Source: Chrysomallon squamiferum (taxonomy: Eukaryota > Animalia > Mollusca). Taken from it: 64,000 nt of DNA. The stretch spans positions 7,316,001-7,380,000 of the forward strand of contig CM022679.1 of NCBI GenBank assembly GCA_012295275.1, written 5' to 3'. This document shows positions 61,231-64,000 of the stretch, in pieces. Below the pieces are notes generated by a model that was not told where the DNA came from, made no database searches, and saw only the letters and a list, made by a program, of their open reading frames with translations. Position numbers and translations under genes: made by a program. The stretch's first letter is position 1. The number at the start of each line of letters is the position of its first letter.

Positions 61231-62223
61231 ATGTGCGCGAGTTTATATTATTAGTTATTAAAACCATTTAAAAAACTAAAAGCACATGTATGTATAAGTA
61301 TATGTGATGTTATGTACACATTGATTATAGAATACAACAATAATAACTCTTAAACAATTATAAATATATTCCATTTTAAAGAAAGAAGAGAAATAAAACA
61401 GTGCTACTGTAAACAGTAATTACCTCAGTGTTTAGCACGGTGAAGTAACTCGACCCCACGCAGCAGTGAAAATCGATGAATTCAACAAACTGATGTTTTT
61501 ACGTTGAAATGGTTTTTACGTGTAAATTGGAGACAATTGTTCAGTGCTCAGTTTTCGGTTTTAGCTTAGATTTCACACGAAGAAGTAATAGTTAAAACGT
61601 CTGCTATTAGTGTTCACTGATGCACGGGTATCGTGATCTGAAATGGGCTTTATTTGAAAGATGAATGAAAATGGGTTATTGAGATTTCTAACTACAACTC
61701 TGCTTCTCAGTTTACCTTCTGGCTTGCATGCCCAGGATGCCATGCTTGTATTTTATTTGAAAATAACATCGAAGAGCAAAAACAAACAATAACAACAGTA
61801 CGGAAATTCAATAATGCTAAATGGCATTCTTAATTTGTTGTATTATGGAGAATCTTGTCATGCTTCATGATCGTCTCACAGTCATTTGTTTTTGTTGCTT
61901 GATTATTTTCTGAAACAGTCAATACCAATGAGTATGAAAAACTATAATTATGATTCTAATAAAAGTTTCCTTTCTACTAAACAGCGGGATGTCAAAAATA
62001 TTTTTTCATCCTAAGACAGTTCTTATTGTGTCGTGGTTATTTTAACAAAAGCACTCTATGTGTATTTCTGTTTCTGGGAAGGTATAAATGAAAAATGTCT
62101 AGTTGCTAATTGACAAAAGTCACGAACAGTATTGCAGCAACATATTTTCTCTCTATTCATTACAAAAATGAAAAGGTATATGTTTGATAACAACCTTTCA
62201 TTTATAAATATATTTGTGAAATA

Positions 62224-62254
<31 letters not shown>

Positions 62255-62438
62255 CCATTCATTTATTAAATGCTTCCAAAGCACAGGCCTTTCACTTAAG
62301 TATAATATATTTTTTTGGCTTTACGATTATTAACCGATCATGTCGAGTTTAATTATTTACCTCTTGCTGATTTATCCATCGTTATCGTAAAAATGTTATT
62401 TAGATGTTCAGTCTATTACTACCACTACTACTGCTTCT

Positions 62439-62490
62439 CAGTGGCGTAACTAAGATATGGCAGTTACAGCACGTGGCCTGAGCGCCACTT
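62439..62490 (+). mobile_element. Possible terminal remnant of a hAT-type MITE
   Basis: cagtggcgtaact...gcacgtggcctgagcgccact resembles CAGTGGCGTA-type termini and is a GC-rich island in AT-rich DNA. No TSD confirmed. Confidence 0.3.
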
Positions 62491-62568
62491 GAAAGAAACG
62501 CCACAGAGCACTTTGTATTCAGCTTTACTGATATTTTTATGCTGAATTTTATGTGTGTATAAAGACGT

Positions 62569-62571
<3 letters not shown>

Positions 62572-62664
<93 letters not shown>

Positions 62665-62678
62665 TAATAATAATAATA
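62572..62678. repeat. (CT)n followed by (ATA)n microsatellite
   Basis: Seen directly. Confidence 0.95.
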
Positions 62679-62932
62679 AGTTATTAGGCAACTGTTAATT
62701 TACGTAATGGCGTTGCTTATACAAACATCAACAGTGACTGTTGCCATAGTAATGAGAAAACACAGAAACAGAGATTCTTTGTGATATGATGTGCAAGGAT
62801 TGATCGCACCACTCTTTCAGTTTTGTTTTATCAATATCTTTCACAAACACATCTATTGATTTGATCTGATATAAATAAAATAACCTGAGACTTTTTAACT
62901 GAAAATTGCATGAATCCATTCCAAACAAAATG

Positions 62933-62949
62933 ACTACTACTATTACTAT

Positions 62950-63008
<59 letters not shown>

Positions 63009-63190
63009 TTAATACTACTATTACTACTGCTACTCCGATTGTTACATCTGCTTCTTCAACTAATACTGTTATCATTGTTATCATTATTATCACTACAACT
63101 ACAACAACTGCTGGTACTATTAATACTACTGCAGCTACTGAAACAAAAAACTACTACTACGATCGCTACTACAACTACCACTAGTGCTAC
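62933..63190. repeat. (ACT)n trinucleotide tract, degenerate at its 3' end
   Basis: Seen directly; source of poly-Thr and poly-Val ORFs. Confidence 0.9.
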
Positions 63191-63288
63191 ATTTTCTTCG
63201 GATGCTGCGGTTTTTGATACAACCATCATTACTAAGAGCAATAAAAATATAACAAAGAAGAAAAATGAAAAAAAAAAAAAAAAAAATA

Positions 63289-63325
<37 letters not shown>

Positions 63326-63326
63326 A

Positions 63327-63361
<35 letters not shown>

Positions 63362-63877
63362 AGAAGAAGAAGAAAAAGAAAGAAAATAATAAGGAGAAGA
63401 AAACTTAACTACTAATTACTGTTATTTTCGGATCAATCATCATCAGCATTATTATTATTATTATAATTGTTGCTCTGTCTCTTTGTAAGCCCTTGTCAGG
63501 GATGTGTGTACTAAAATAAGCTAATCCTGTAACCGCCACAAAGTAACAATTAATCTTTCTGACATGCAACGGCCATCAGACAGCGAATTTTCATTAACCT
63601 GTGAGCGAAACGTTGTTAAAAATTGATTTGCAATTTGTCGGCCAAGTGAGACTGTGATTCAAGCCTTTGTGAGAGGAATATTTCTTACGTCACTGAATAA
63701 AACACACATCGGCAAGGTTAACTAGCTGACACTGCTAGGAGATGGAAATTACATTCGTTTTCTTGTCGCTTCACAACATCAGTCTGTGACAGTGACACTG
63801 TAATGTAGCGAGGTTGCTCCTTTACGTAATGGGTCAAGAGTTTACATGGCAGGATTGAAATATTTCAGAACGACCTG

Positions 63878-63883
<6 letters not shown>

Positions 63884-63965
<82 letters not shown>

Positions 63966-63990
63966 ACACACACACTCACACACACACACA
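63884..63990. repeat. (GA)n(CA)n microsatellite
   Basis: Seen directly. Confidence 0.95.
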
Positions 63991-64000
63991 AAAACACATA

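Noticed and set aside
62728-63326. Poly-Thr mucin-like and poly-Val ORFs
   Set aside because: (ACT)n microsatellite with no supporting splice sites or signal peptide.

Overview
AT-rich, intron-rich animal genomic DNA. The gene content and SINE-like fragments suggest a mollusc, probably a gastropod (inference only). Four protein-coding genes could be assembled by hand from GT-AG splice sites. (1) An SLC38A10-type amino-acid transporter on + (14 coding exons, 17611-27163). It has a reading-frame discrepancy at one exon, and its long C-terminal tail carries about 17 PQGQQQQVV repeats and two furin-type sites. (2) A complete 4-exon mitochondrial ATP synthase subunit f gene on - (31813-29506, 107 aa), only partly visible in the ORF track. 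(3) A complete 11-exon secreted astacin + MAM metalloprotease on + (33532-41097, 426 aa). (4) The first coding exon of a calcyphosin-like EF-hand protein (54150-54528), immediately followed by a decayed copy of its own 3' end. The left 13 kb looks like intron of an unidentified minus-strand transcript starting head-to-head with SLC38A10. Also present: an internally deleted Tigger/pogo transposon, SINE fragments, a 34-bp minisatellite with an open frame, a 92-bp palindrome, many microsatellites, and a sharp CpG-poor/CpG-normal boundary near 31.4 kb. No prokaryotic-type system (CRISPR, operon) is present, and I found no clearly new multi-gene system; the findings are local oddities.
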